Origin: Octopus bimaculoides
Lineage: Eukaryota
Length of the DNA: 64,000 nucleotides
Assembly (NCBI RefSeq): GCF_001194135.2
Contig: NC_068992.1
Coordinates: 27,151,447-27,215,446, forward strand
Direction of reading: 5' to 3'
Shown here: positions 40,111 to 53,280 of the stretch, piece by piece
Position numbering within the stretch: position 1 is the first letter of the stretch
Layout: each line of letters opens with the position of its first letter
Made by a program: the position numbers and the translations under genes
Notes under the pieces: generated by a model
Databases searched by the model: none
Told to the model about the DNA's origin: nothing
Seen by the model: the letters and a program-made list of their open reading frames with translations, nothing else

Positions 40111-40869
40111 ATATATATATATATATATTCAAGAAAGTTAGAGGTTGTGAATCCAACCAACTATGGGATAATATCTATCCAATATACTGCTGGTAGAATA
40201 CCCAATTATTATTACACAAGTGTTTTTTCATTGCATGACAATTACATTACCAAGTGTAATAAATGGATATATGTATGTATATATATATATGTATGTATGT
40301 AACAATTACAGCGTGGAAAATACATGTTTGCCATTCATACCACACGATGTCTGTTAACTTCTGTTGTTACAATTTTCGTCGCACCAACTGTAACCTGACT
40401 ATTGATGCAATTCCTCCACATATCAAACACTATCAGAGAATCTTTCTTGTTTTATCACTGATAACATCGTCACAATTTCTGTCTTCTTTAGTACAACCTT
40501 TTTAGAAATCAATCGGAACCAACGTGTAATTATCGCCACAATCGTAAATCATCCGCAGAAAGCATTTACATACTTTACAAACAAAGCATAGAACGGATAA
40601 TTTCACTCCCGATGCATCATGTCCACATAGAGGATGGGTTGTTTAAGATTGTAATGCCTTTGACCATATATCTACTTGCTTTGATTCTTCACTTTTTTTA
40701 TACTTAATAGTTCTTGTGTTCTTAATAGTTCTTAATAGTTCTAGATATCAGGCCTCCTTGATATCTAGTGAATATGATGGTTTGAAAGAAGGTCCTGTAG
40801 CTTTTCAAGATGAGAAAACGACAAATGTTTCTTTGGTCTTAATTGATATATTAAATCAAGACAATATTT

Positions 40870-41790
40870 CCTCTCATTACTGATAACGTAATCCCAACTA
40901 TTTGACAAGGTGTTGATCTCTCGGGCAAAACATTCTTCAGGTTTCGAAGCAAAGAAACGCTCAGTTTATAAACTGAAAAGAAACTAAAAAGTTATTAGTC
41001 GGGAGAGTTAGGGAGATGCAACAAAACTTCCAATTCAGTGACATAGTGTTTTTCTGGGTGACTTGGGCAATAGGTGATCTTGCAAAATCGTGTAAGAGCA
41101 ACTCGCTTTACGATTGACCAATGATGGACGCTTCTCATTCAAATTTTTGTGCAGTACTTCCAAGGACGACAATGCTTCTCCGCATCAGTTGTTTCGTTTT
41201 GGCTCAGCACTTCATGACAGTCGACACTCTTCATATCCTATCAAACACGGAGTATAACATTTTTGGGTGTAGTTCTAGCTTGGGGATGGATTCTCCTTTT
41301 TCATTGTATGTGATTATAGGGAAACTATTTTTCATAACTTGAGATGATTCTACCCAGGAAAGATTCGACAGCAATTCTACTCTTCAATGACAAGCAGAGC
41401 AGAAGTCAATATTTTTTAGTTAAGCTGAGAAGCAGTTAGATGATGAGAGACCCATTAACCAAGTCTAGACACTTCTAATTCGTGAAGGCATTTTAAGATC
41501 GACGTGTAACTTAAGTTTAATTGTTTTGTTAATTTTCGTGCAGCTTGCTTTGGATTTTCCTCACATATGGTTTTCAGAAGCTCAATATTGACAGAACTTT
41601 GTCATTCAAACAGAGATGGCTCTGCGAGAAAAATATTTGTGGAGCAAAATTGACCAAACCATTGTTGGCATGTCCAGGTACTTAATGTTTCATTTCCATA
41701 GACATAATGACTATTTTTGGCAGCTTTCATTGCTGGGGAGCCCACTTTGGATTCATACAGCATGCAGTGTCTGAAACAGGTTTGATATAA
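40870..41790 (-). mobile_element. Decayed mariner (DD34D, Mos1/Hsmar-like) transposase
   Basis: Minus strand gives MLYE..VG..A.KAA.N...VYG...L....CQQWF..F, EENPKQ..RKL...LNLS..SI..CLHEL, WVSHHL, FL.RII...EK, LLLHD.AR..IAQVT. Many stops. Confidence 0.85.
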
Positions 41791-42344
41791 GCTAATTTTA
41801 AAGGAGTAAAATCGTTGAGAAACTAACCACTATGGTATACAGTAATTTGGAAAGCAACAGAAAACATTAGAATATAAAATTAAATGCTTATTTTACCGTT
41901 AAGTATTGAAAAAGTACTGTCATAATAATCATGTCAAAAATACAAGACTTTCTTTCTAACCAAACATTTCTGAAAATATTTACTTTTATTATAATAAAAT
42001 CATTTATGCGTTTTCTTTTATTTAAATCTCTTTTCGTGGGGTGAAATATTTTATACATTATTTAATTACGTTATTGTATAGATAAAGGATTATATATATA
42101 TACACAGTTCTTTAATGTCATCTTCATCGCTGTTGTTATTGCTGCTGCTGCTGCTTCTGTTGTTGTTGTTGTTGTTGTTGTTAGACACAAGTGGAGTTAA
42201 ATGACTTAGAACGTATCAAGTGAAGTATGACAAAAAAATATATAAAAATATACCATGGCTGGTTGCATACATTTCATTGACTTTTAAGACGAATCCAAAA
42301 TGAAAATATAATATATTTGTCAATGGTCGTTTAATAATGATTAT

Positions 42345-42403
<59 letters not shown>

Positions 42404-42700
42404 TGATAAAGTCTAAAACTGTTTCTTTATGTTTTCTTTCTATAAAGTGTATCGATACTGTTGGTATTGATTTGTTTAGTATATAAGGTCGACTGTTTTC
42501 AAAAAGTAATACAATACTGATATTAAGCAGTATACCACTAATATTACGTGGTGAATTGGTAGTATTGGTAGAGCATCGAACAAAAAGGTCTGTAGTATTT
42601 GTTTCGGATCCCTGTTCTTTAAATTCAGATCCCTCTGGGGTAAGTTTTGCCTCTCACCTTTTCGGGACGAAAAAAATTACCAGTACCAGGGTCGGTCCTC

Positions 42701-42733
<33 letters not shown>

Positions 42734-43298
42734 CTTTTAGATTTCTTTCTCGCATTGTGTAAACTGGTTCGACCTGAGAATTGTGTTAAAGGTACACACG
42801 TTTGTGGAATATTCAGTTGCTTACACATTAATTTCATGAATACGAATTCGGTTAGTTCAATGATTGAACGTTCACTGTTGATATAACTAATAATATTATT
42901 AATTTTTCCAATAAATACTGAGAGAGCAAAAATAAACATGGCAGTGGGCTTAATACGACGTAAACATTCTTATTAATATCTACTCTGATGCTATGAAAAT
43001 GACCGTGCAAATCTTTTTATTGGTTATCTGAATTGGTTAAGATCCTACAGTGATGAACCTCACCATAAGTTAAACCACTTTGAACTTAAACCACTTCCAT
43101 AATACACTGGGTATTCCGCCATCAGAGACAAGGTGAGTATGTTTAAAAGGAAGGTGTTTGTCCTACATTTCTGTAAAAGCTGTTACATGTGTAAAAACAG
43201 CATCACTGTCAATGCCAAGATTGTTCTGGCTTAAATGCAAAGCTTGAACCTGTTACTTAACGCCTAAATACGCGGATACGTAGCCTATTATGCATACA

Positions 43299-43722
43299 TA
43301 GGCGCAAGTGTGGCTATGTTTTGAGCTTGCTTCCTGATCACATGGTTCCAAGTTCAGTCCCATTACATGGCACCGTCACCAAGTGTCTTATACTATAGCC
43401 TCGAGTCGACCAAAGTTTTGTGAGTGGATTTGGTAGACGGAAACTGAAAGAAGCCCATTGTATACGTGTGTGTGTGTGCGCGTGTGTGTGCGTGTGTGTG
43501 TTTATGAGTGTGTTTATATGTGTGTTCATATACGTGTGTTTATGTGTGCGCGTGTGTGTCTTTATGTCTGTGTTTGTCCCCCGTCACCGCTTGACAACCG
43601 GTGTTGGTGTGTTTATGTCCCCCTAAAGATACCGTTAGAATAAGTATCAGGTTTAGTACTGCGGTCGATTCCTACGACTAAATATTTTTCATGGTGGTGT
43701 CCCAGCATAGCCGCAAGTAAAA
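43299..43722 (+). mobile_element. SINE family A, near full length
   Basis: Head, core GTGAGTGGATTTGGTAGACGGAAACTGAAAGAAGCCC, (TG)n and tail. Confidence 0.85.
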
Positions 43723-43967
43723 GATAAAAGATACGAGCAGCAAGGAATATTGATGGGGGTGGCCATTCTAGTCAAAACTTTCGTTAAGTGCAAACATAGA
43801 AGGTTCGATATAATTGTTTTGGAGAGAAGATAAATATCGTGTGCCCTTATAGGGGTCAGCTTCTCTGTAGATGTGATTATTTTTTCCAAAATTAGTGAAT
43901 AAGAAATTATTTGTGAGCAAATCAAATAGCAGGTTCATTCTCTTTATTCAAGCCAGAGCAGACGTAG

Positions 43968-44265
43968 CTTTGGTAGACGGAAACTGAAAGAAGCCCGTCG
44001 TATATGTGTGTATGTGCATGTGTATGTGTGTGTGTATGTGTGTATGTGTGTGTCTTTATATCTGTGTTTGTCCCGCGTCAACGCTTGACAACCGGTGCTG
44101 ATGTGTTTACGTCCCCATAACTTAGTGATTCGGCAAAAGAGATCTATTGAATAAGCACTAGACTTAAAATATATGTCTTACGGTCAATTTGTTCCACTAA
44201 AACCCTTCAGGGTGGTGCTCCAGCATGGCTGCAGTCCAATTACTGAAACAAGAAAAAGGTAAAAG
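43968..44265 (+). mobile_element. SINE family A, headless copy
   Basis: TTTGGTAGACGGAAACTGAAAGAAGCCCGTCG through GGTGCTCCAGCATGGCTGCAGTC. Confidence 0.85.
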
Positions 44266-44289
44266 AGGGATATATGCATACTGTATGAC

Positions 44290-44586
44290 GGAGCGTGGCT
44301 CATTGATCAAGGTATTCGGCTCACGATCTCAAGGTTGTTTTTTCGGTTCCCAGAGTAAGACACGTTAGTTTTCATTGCTCCAATCCACACAGCTGGCAAA
44401 AGGGGTTTTACCTGTAATTCAAAAGGCCAGTCTTTTCACATTTGGTGTCACGCTGAATTTCCCTGAGAACTCCGTTAAAGGTACTCCTGTCTGTGGAGTG
44501 CTCAGCCACTTATACACTAATTTTACGAGCAAGCTATTCTGTTGATCAGATCAACTGAAACCCTCGTCGTCGTAACCGACGGAGTG
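44290..44586 (+). mobile_element. SINE family C
   Basis: Degenerate tRNA head and tail ending ...GATCAACTGAAACCCTCGTCGTCGTAACCGACGGAGTGC. Confidence 0.85.
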
Positions 44587-44843
44587 CTATATATATATAT
44601 ATGCATACACATAAATATATCAATGCAAGCATACATATATGCAAATACATGCACACAACAAATGCTTGGAAGGAAAAAGATGCTGCATACAGAGGTAAAA
44701 ATTAATGCTTCTCCAGCCATTTAATTGCTGATTGGTTCAATTATTCGATCGATAACAATATCTAGAGATTGAAGTGGCTGAATGTCAGAGACATACGTAA
44801 TTTTAAATTAATTCTTCCAGATCTTTGTTCTGTATATACACGA

Positions 44844-44885
<42 letters not shown>

Positions 44886-44981
44886 GGCAGGAATGGCAAC
44901 AAAAGAAAGAAAGAGATCTCGATATTATGCAAATAGAGGAATGTATCTGTAAAAATATGTGACACTTATTCAGTAGCCATG

Positions 44982-45472
44982 NNNNNNNNNNNNNNNNNNN
45001 NNNNNNNNNNNNNNNNNNNNNNNNNNNNNNNNNNNNNNNNNNNNNNNNNNNNNNNNNNNNNNNNNNNNNNNNNNNNNNNNNNNNNNNNNNNNNNNNNNNN
45101 NNNNNNNNNNNNNNNNNNNNNNNNNNNNNNNNNNNNNNNNNNNNNNNNNNNNNNNNNNNNNNNNNNNNNNNNNNNNNNNNNNNNNNNNNNNNNNNNNNNN
45201 NNNNNNNNNNNNNNNNNNNNNNNNNNNNNNNNNNNNNNNNNNNNNNNNNNNNNNNNNNNNNNNNNNNNNNNNNNNNNNNNNNNNNNNNNNNNNNNNNNNN
45301 NNNNNNNNNNNNNNNNNNNNNNNNNNNNNNNNNNNNNNNNNNNNNNNNNNNNNNNNNNNNNNNNNNNNNNNNNNNNNNNNNNNNNNNNNNNNNNNNNNNN
45401 NNNNNNNNNNNNNNNNNNNNNNNNNNNNNNNNNNNNNNNNNNNNNNNNNNNNNNNNNNNNNNNNNNNNNNNN
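44982..45472. other. Assembly gap (N run)
   Basis: N run. Confidence 1.
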
Positions 45473-45964
45473 ATATATATATATATATGTACGTCAACCA
45501 ATAAGTGAAAAGGTTAGTCCTTTAATTCAAAGGCAGAAATATAGGATGGGCTTCTACACAGTTTTTGTCTACCTGTACGATACGGTTTCACACATGTGAT
45601 ACAGGCATTTGAAAGAACTCCGATTACTGGAGATTATCATTGCAAATAGTTGAGGTGGAAATTCCTTCCAAACGAGTTTGAAATATGAAACACAGGCAAG
45701 AGAGATGACTCTAATAAACGAAATTTTCAGCAAAGGCGATGCAACTAAGGTGAATATTCTATCAATACAAATTCATTCACAAAACGCTGGTGTATCCAAT
45801 GTTACGGTATTAGATACTTGCCTCATGTGCAACGAAGTAGTATCGAACATGAAATTCTTTGATTCTCAACCAATATTGTTAACCTTATTGCCATGTACAT
45901 ACGGCTATTCAGATATAGAGTGATGCAAAATATAATACACGGACCGTAAAGGAAATCATTGACT

Positions 45965-46051
<87 letters not shown>

Positions 46052-46248
46052 CGATAGACAGACGGACAGACTGACAGAGAATTTCTGTTTATGTAAACAA
46101 ACATACAGACAGATATAAATATATGTATATATACATATATAATGAATACATACACACACATATGTGCGTACATGCATATATATACACCAAGACATACATA
46201 CATACACACGTATAGAGACACACATACATACATACATGCAAATATACA

Positions 46249-46280
<32 letters not shown>

Positions 46281-46634
46281 CAGACACATACACACATACA
46301 TATATAGAAGTACATGCATATATACATATACACATATGTTCATACATACAATACACACATGCATGCATACATACATGCATACATACGTACATGCATAATA
46401 ACACACAAATACACACATACATAAACATACATACACACACACATACATACATACATACATACATACATACATACATACATGCGTAATGATTACCTTCAGC
46501 ATAACTACTGTTGAAGTAATTAATGCGTAATAACATTTTTCACTGCGCCCTTTGCTCTGTCAAGAAAAGCTATAAAAAAGAAAGCATTCAATTTCTCTCT
46601 CTCCATCCTCTCTCTTTCTCACTCTCTGTCTCTA

Positions 46635-46666
<32 letters not shown>

Positions 46667-46854
46667 TTCCGGACTAACAGACAATTACCTTTATTTTTAT
46701 TTCGTCAAATACGACATCGGTTATAGAGTGCAGATGTCAGAACACTTGATGCTAAACGCAATTTATTTCCCATGCCAACGAAACATTATTTTCTTCCATC
46801 CTAAGAATTTATAAAATTGTGGTTTGTGGTTTGTCGCAGTCCATTAGAGAGATT

Positions 46855-46890
<36 letters not shown>

Positions 46891-47513
46891 CATACATACA
46901 TACATACATACATACATACATACATACATACATACATACATAGACAGATAGATATGTGTGTGTGTATGTGGATACATACATACACACACAAACGTGCGCA
47001 CGCACACACACACACAAATATATTTCCGTATACATAAATATATATATATATTTAAGAATACGTTTATATGTTTCCGTATATATAAATATATATATATACA
47101 CACGCATATGTACCAATGTACAGATCTTTGTCCGAATACAAATACACATACACACATATATGTATGCTTACGCACACATGCTCACAATTCAATATGGCGA
47201 CAAGATGAACTGGATATTCAGGTAGTGTAAGAAAAAGTTATATAAGTCTTGAAAATTGTGATCAATTCTATACCCGTCCAATCATAGAGAATTAAAGATA
47301 TCTATCATGAGATATAAAATTCTCTGACCACCTGATTATTGTACACGTACGTATAGTAAATACATAGAAAATAAAAGGATATATATGTAATAGTATAGAT
47401 GTGTGTGAGCCTCTGCTTGTGCATTTATAAACATATATACATACATATATATATACATTTATAGACATATATACATACATATATATACATATACATACAT
47501 ATATATATACATT

Positions 47514-47585
<72 letters not shown>
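45965..47585. repeat. Extended microsatellite fields (GATA, GACA, CATA, CA, TA, TG)
   Basis: Direct reading; source of ORFs 45823-47712. Confidence 0.9.
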
Positions 47586-47586
<1 letters not shown>

Positions 47587-48373
47587 TTCACGAAACGTTT
47601 GTGTTTGAAGATACAAAAAGTAAAATATACACTCATTACACGTAATAGAGTATATTTTAGTTTAATATATAAACTCATAGCATCGTGTGCTTATCAGAGA
47701 AAACTCCTGTAGCAGACTCCGCTAACAGACCACATAGTAATCCAATACAGAGGCGTATATTGCAGACTTCCATGCAGTTGAAATCTAGGAGAACTGACCG
47801 GTGAAATTATTTCACGAGGAGTAAATAAACTATAGAAAGTCAGGAGGTATGAAAGGTGAATAAATTGCTTACATGTCTACACTAATACGTATTCTACACA
47901 TTTGTTGTTCTGGATGTAAGTCTTCTTTCATCTTAACTCAAATTTCTCCTTCATCATTAAACCACACATGATTTTAAATAACGAAAAAAATAAGGAAAAA
48001 TTACGAAAACTTTAGAAACTGAAATCACCGAAACCGGATCCAGGTCAGTTAAATATGACTTTTTTCCTACACTGCAAAAAAAAACCCTTTTAGCTGCAAA
48101 ACTCATAAAGATATGTACTAATACCTTTTTCTATACAAAAGACTCAAAGTAACATCTGGCTACTTATTTTTGCTTGTTCCCATATATTTATATTAATTAT
48201 ATGTTAAACTCACCTTAAAAACATGTATACCAATATAATTTAAGTTGAACTACGATACAAAAACATTTATTCTGTGAAAACGTATAGTTGTTTTTATTTT
48301 TCATACGTATGAATAAATATAATAACATTTTTCTCCATTTGTTTCAATTGCACAATATATATATTTTTGTTAA

Positions 48374-48665
48374 GGCGCATGGCTTTGTGGCTAGGATATT
48401 GCATGCACGATCGCGAGATCGTGGGTTCGATTCCCACACCGGGCGTTGCATTGTGTTCTTGAGCAAAGCACTTCATTTCACGTTGCTCTACAATCATTTT
48501 GTCATCTAACATGTGGCACACGGTGCACCTGTAGAGGTAATGTCGATTTCATGGCGGAAATGAGCTTATGTGAAAACAATCATTTGATCACTATAAACAA
48601 ATTATCTGTGTGGTTGTTCAACAAGAAATTGCCGAACCCTCATACGTCGTCTAACTGAAGAATCC
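48374..48665 (+). mobile_element. SINE family C-related copy
   Basis: GGCGCATGGCTTTGTGGCTAGG...GGGTTCGATTCCCACACCGGGCG..GTGTTCTTGAGCAAAGCACTT. Confidence 0.8.
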
Positions 48666-48859
48666 ATTATATATGTGTGTGTGTGTGTGTGTGAGAGAGG
48701 GGGGGGGGGATTCTGATGTATTTTTAATTTTTTGGTAATATTTTTCATGTGTGTGTGTGGGCATGCGCGCCTATGCATGCAATGCTTGCATGCATGTATG
48801 TATGTATGTATGTATGTATGTATGTATGTATGTATGTATGTATAACCTAGAAATTTCAG

Positions 48860-49760
48860 GATTTGGGAACTTGTGATTGCGAAGTTGGGCATGTCTATAC
48901 GGGATATTTAGATATTATTGGAAATCAGGATTTGATGAGGATTATGGGGGATGGTACAAAATACAAGGAACCGCATAGGATAGGTAGATATATATTAGAG
49001 GAGATTATTTTAAAATCAATTAACGATTGCATGGTTATGTCTTGAATACAAAGTTAAACTGGCGGAATTTGAATACTGGGGGAAAAGAGTTATCAGTTTG
49101 TCACCGGAACGTATTCGAAGGATAAAAGAGACGACAGGAAGTAAATCTGTTTTAAATAAACCTGACGTTAAGATTTACGAGGGGATTACTGAAAAGTTCC
49201 TGGCTTTAAGGGTATCGCGAAAGACCTGGTTGGAGGCCCAACCTGCCGAGTTCTTTTACAGGGCTTAGAAAAACTGAAGGACCGCTGCAATATGTGTTTG
49301 AATCTGAGAGGGTATTGTGTTGAATAAAATCCTAATTAACTGATCCTTCTGTATTTTCTTGTACCAAAAGTCAGGAACTTTTCAGCACCCTCTAGTATAT
49401 TAGTGCGTCGTGTAAGTACGTTATAGTACCGGTGAATTAAGTAGCAGTAATTTTGTTATCTGTAAAACGGATTATCTAGTGGTATTAAGTTATAAATTGG
49501 GATTAGGTTGTGACTTTAGCTTTAAAAGAAATAGTACATATATGGTTGTACATGATAACGCTAACAGGGTGATAAGAAATTGACACCTGAGATAGCAAAG
49601 TTGAGTGTTTCCAACGTGGAAGAGAAAGATATCGTTATCCCTAAGTATTTTTGGATTCAAAAATTACACATGGTCTCATATAAAGCTAGAATTATTGCAG
49701 GTGCCAGAAAATGTCCTAACAAACAGCTGTCTTTGAGGCTTAATGAAGTGGTAAGAATGT
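48860..49760 (+). mobile_element. Decayed Penelope-like RT, N-terminal part (Neptune-like)
   Basis: CDC..GHVYTGYLDIIGNQDL.RIM.DGTKYKEP (HV.TGDL.I..N..L....KGPKYREP motif), KYVIVP, and IPKYFWIQKLH..YKARIIAGA.KC..K.LS. Interrupted at 49178-49395. Confidence 0.8.
49178..49395. mobile_element. Mariner-type MITE (~218 bp)
   Basis: Imperfect TIRs CGAGGGGATTACTGAAAAGTTCCTGGCTT and AAGTCAGGAACTTTTCAGCACCCTCTAG, with TA on both sides (49176-77 and 49396-97). Confidence 0.85.
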
Positions 49761-50223
49761 GAGATTTGCATGTCTGCTCATTAGGCTTTCTCAGTAGCAT
49801 GTACTCACTGTCAACCGCATGCTAAAACTGAATCCGTTACTACTGATATGTAAAAACAGCGCTTACGTAGGACGTTTAGTCAGCCGGACGGCAAATTGCA
49901 ACACCAGAAATTTGTCTTTTAACGATGTGGCTATTTTAATCTAATACAATTTCTGTTGTATATGACGGACTTTTAGAAATTAGATAATATCTGAACTTCC
50001 ATAATTTGTTAATAAATAAATGTTCCTCTCTGCCCACAGACGAAGGATCTCACTTTCGAATGAACACGAATTTACTGTAATCTATCAAACGAGAAAACAT
50101 ATCCTTGCTGCAATATATTGTTATTGTAATAGAGAAGCAGGTTTTCTGTATTATATAGACACACATAAACATTTACAGTAAAAGGAAATTGGAGATGGTC
50201 TACGTCTATCAAATGTGCAAAAA

Positions 50224-50700
50224 TAAAACTCATAGAATAATTTCAATCCTGCTTGAAACACCAATATATATACATATTTCTGTGGCACACAAAAATGTGG
50301 GACCATTGCTCATAGAACTAGGATGGTGCTGCTGCTAAATAAAAAGTCTCACGTAACTGTTTAGATAAAGCCACTCATGAACACTATCCAGCAACTGGCT
50401 CTCAAACACTCTGTGACCTCGCTGTTCTTTTTCTATCGTTACTACATTGACTACTACTCTTCTACACCGGTCAGGATCGAGCCATCTCTATTCAAACATT
50501 TCCGATTCATTCGACTTTCCTCTTCCCATCACCTTTACTCGGCCTTATCCCCGTGCTATGCAATGCACACTACTCCCAGTCCTTACTTTCGAGAACGTGG
50601 ACCTCTGGATCTCCATTTCTGCTTCCGTATTACCCAGAGGTGTTCACGTCCAACGGTTCAAGAGGAATATCAACGGCATCGAACCCGACGGTCTCGCAGC
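50224..50700 (+). mobile_element. CR1/L2-type LINE 3' fragment
   Basis: TIQQLALKHSVTSLFFFYRYY...RLSSSHH, then VDLWISISASVLP...QRFKRNING (LWNSLP...FK-type end). Confidence 0.7.
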
Positions 50701-52084
50701 ACCTTCAAAAAGATATGAACACTGCCCCTTCATCCAAAACAAGCAAACAAAAATATCTTTAAACGTATTTTATTGAAGCATTCATATTTTCTGTATTTGT
50801 TTTCAAGAGTGGCTGCCACGAAATTTGATTGTCAAAAAGACTGTTGAAAGAAACCAAACAGCATCTGTTTAATCAGTGTCTTGTCAGTCGGTAGTAATTC
50901 GGTTGGGTATACTGAGTGAGTTTAAAAGAAATATTTCATTACTGAGGCAAGAAATTTTACCTAGTTTATGTTACGTTGTCAATAGTTTAAATAAAATGAA
51001 AAAGAAGCTTGAGCATACATCTCATGAGGTTTCACCGAGAAAAGCGAAGTTCTTTCTGTTTACACTTGTTTTTATACAGAATCTTCTAAAATAATGTTTA
51101 CCTTCTCTGCATCTCCCAAGACGATATTTTAATAATATCAACAACAATGACAACAACTAAATCTCTCGACATTAACATGTAACACAATTTCTGAAACTTC
51201 AGACTATAAATTAAATACAGGGAATCATTTGCTAAAAACTTTAATTATTTGGCTATTTATTCTCTTGTTTATTTTTTGCTCTTATTGATTCCAGATTGTA
51301 AACTTAGTTGCTTGGTTAAGTGTATGCCCGGTTTCTTTACATGGTTGTTTTCTATATGTGAATGCACGTACGTCTGTATGTGTATATAATGATGCGTATG
51401 TATAACTGCTTTATAACGTCGGTGTGTTTATGTGTGAGTCTTATGTAGGTATGATCTCATTACTATACAATACTGAGAAAAATATAGGTTGATTAAGTTG
51501 TTTAGGATGAGGTATATATAATGATATGTCCATCTATATGAACTTTTAGACTTATTAGTTTATATGTAAAGTATATTTTGTATGTCCGTGTGTAAGTGTG
51601 AATGTTTGTATAATGTGCGACCAAAAGATACGCTCAACCATAATGTAATATTATCATAACTAACAGGTCAAGGGACCTTCGTTTGAATTACGTTTCCATT
51701 AAAAGCAACGAGATGTAAGGAATGCTTATCTCGAGGGGACACTGAAACCAATCTGAGATCCATCTAGTGTATCCATGTTATTCTGTGTGTTTTTGTGGCT
51801 TAATCCCAGGGCAACTCTAATTGAGGAAACCTTTGATCGAAAGCACTCCAACTATGATCAACTACTTTTAGGGATATTTCGTAACTACATTACCACCACA
51901 AGGTCTAGTCCTTGTTGCCGTGTGGTGGCTTGTATCACTGATGACCCTGGGAGCAATGCCTGACGAGTGCAAATTCCTAATAGGACGTTCCGTGCAGGAT
52001 AGATCAACAGACTAATGTGGACCACCTCTTAGGAGTAAAAATAAGTTTGTGTAAGGCCAGCATTCCTACCCACGTAGAAGTGAA

Positions 52085-52428
52085 GGCACGTGGCTTAGTG
52101 GTTAGGGTATTCGACTCACGATCGTAAAGTCACAAGTTCGATTCCCGGCAGCGTGTTGTGTCCTTGTGCAAGACACTTTATTTCACGTTGCTTCAATCCA
52201 CTTAGCTGTCAAAAATGAGTAGTACCTGGATTTCAAAGGGTCAATAAAACTCAACTAATATGATTAACTTGTCACATTCTATATCACGCTGAATCTACTT
52301 AAGAACTACGTTAAAGGTATGCATGTCTGTGAAGTTCTCAGTCACTTGGACTTTAATTTCAGTAATTTCAGGAGTAGGCTGTTCCGTTTCAACTGGAACC
52401 CTCGTCATCGTTACCGACGGAGTTGAGT
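52085..52428 (+). mobile_element. SINE family C
   Basis: GGCACGTGGCTTAGTGGTTAGGGTATTCGACTCACGATCG...GTTCGATTCCCGG head and the matching tail. Confidence 0.9.
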
Positions 52429-52499
52429 TACCTACGTACAACAAAAGCAAACTTATAGAAGCACTGATGACAATTCAAAACCAACAAGACCTGCAGGGA

Positions 52500-52835
52500 G
52501 AAGGCCTTCTCTCAGGGCATGGAGATAAAGCAGCGAAGGTGAAGGGAAGAGGAGAGTCGAATGAATCGGAAATGTTTGAATAAAGATAGCTCGATCCTGG
52601 CCAGAGTTGAAAAGTAGAGGCCAATATAGTAACGATAGAAAAAAAGTGGTCAGAGTGTTTGGGAGCCAGTAACTGGATAGTGTCCATGGGTGGCTTTATT
52701 TAAACAGTCGTGTGACCCTTTTTTATTTAACAGCGGCATCATTCTAGTTCTATGAGAAATGGTCCCACATTTTTGTGTGCCACAGAAAGATGTATATATT
52801 GGTGTTTCAAGCAGGATTCTATGAGTTTTATTTTC
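52500..52835 (-). mobile_element. Second copy of the same CR1/L2-type fragment, inverted
   Basis: Reverse complement of ~50224-50560. Confidence 0.75.
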
Positions 52836-53219
52836 TCTCAGGGAAACATGATGCGGCACCCTAACCACTAGGCCATGCGCCCTTACTAGTTAGAGATAAT
52901 AGTTACATAATGACATGCATCTGAAAAATACACTAAGTTCTATAAGTTACACAGTATTTCCGCGTATTAAATTCCAACCAGACAATGCTCCAATACTGTG
53001 GCGAAGAATTTTGTTTGTCAGTTCTCTTTAGGGTGTATTTGGGAAGGTTTTTAATTTTGTTTATTTTTGTTTTCTTCTCAGTTTTATTCCTTTTTGTCTT
53101 ATTTGGTATCTTCCTTCTCTTAATTGGTAATTAATATCTAGATTTTGATTTTAAGTTCAATTAACTCAACAGGAAACAATTTATCATCTGCGCACATACG
53201 TATATACGTGTGCGAACAA

Positions 53220-53280
<61 letters not shown>

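Noticed and set aside
43062-43140. Strong donor AAG|GTGAGT near 43133
   Set aside because: All three frames of the preceding segment contain stops; unsupported without RNA data.
43740-43930. Possible Penelope RT remnant (LLTNNFLFTNF…) on the minus strand
   Set aside because: One short partial motif only.
45678-45923. 81-aa non-repetitive ORF
   Set aside because: No recognisable family or convincing splice context.
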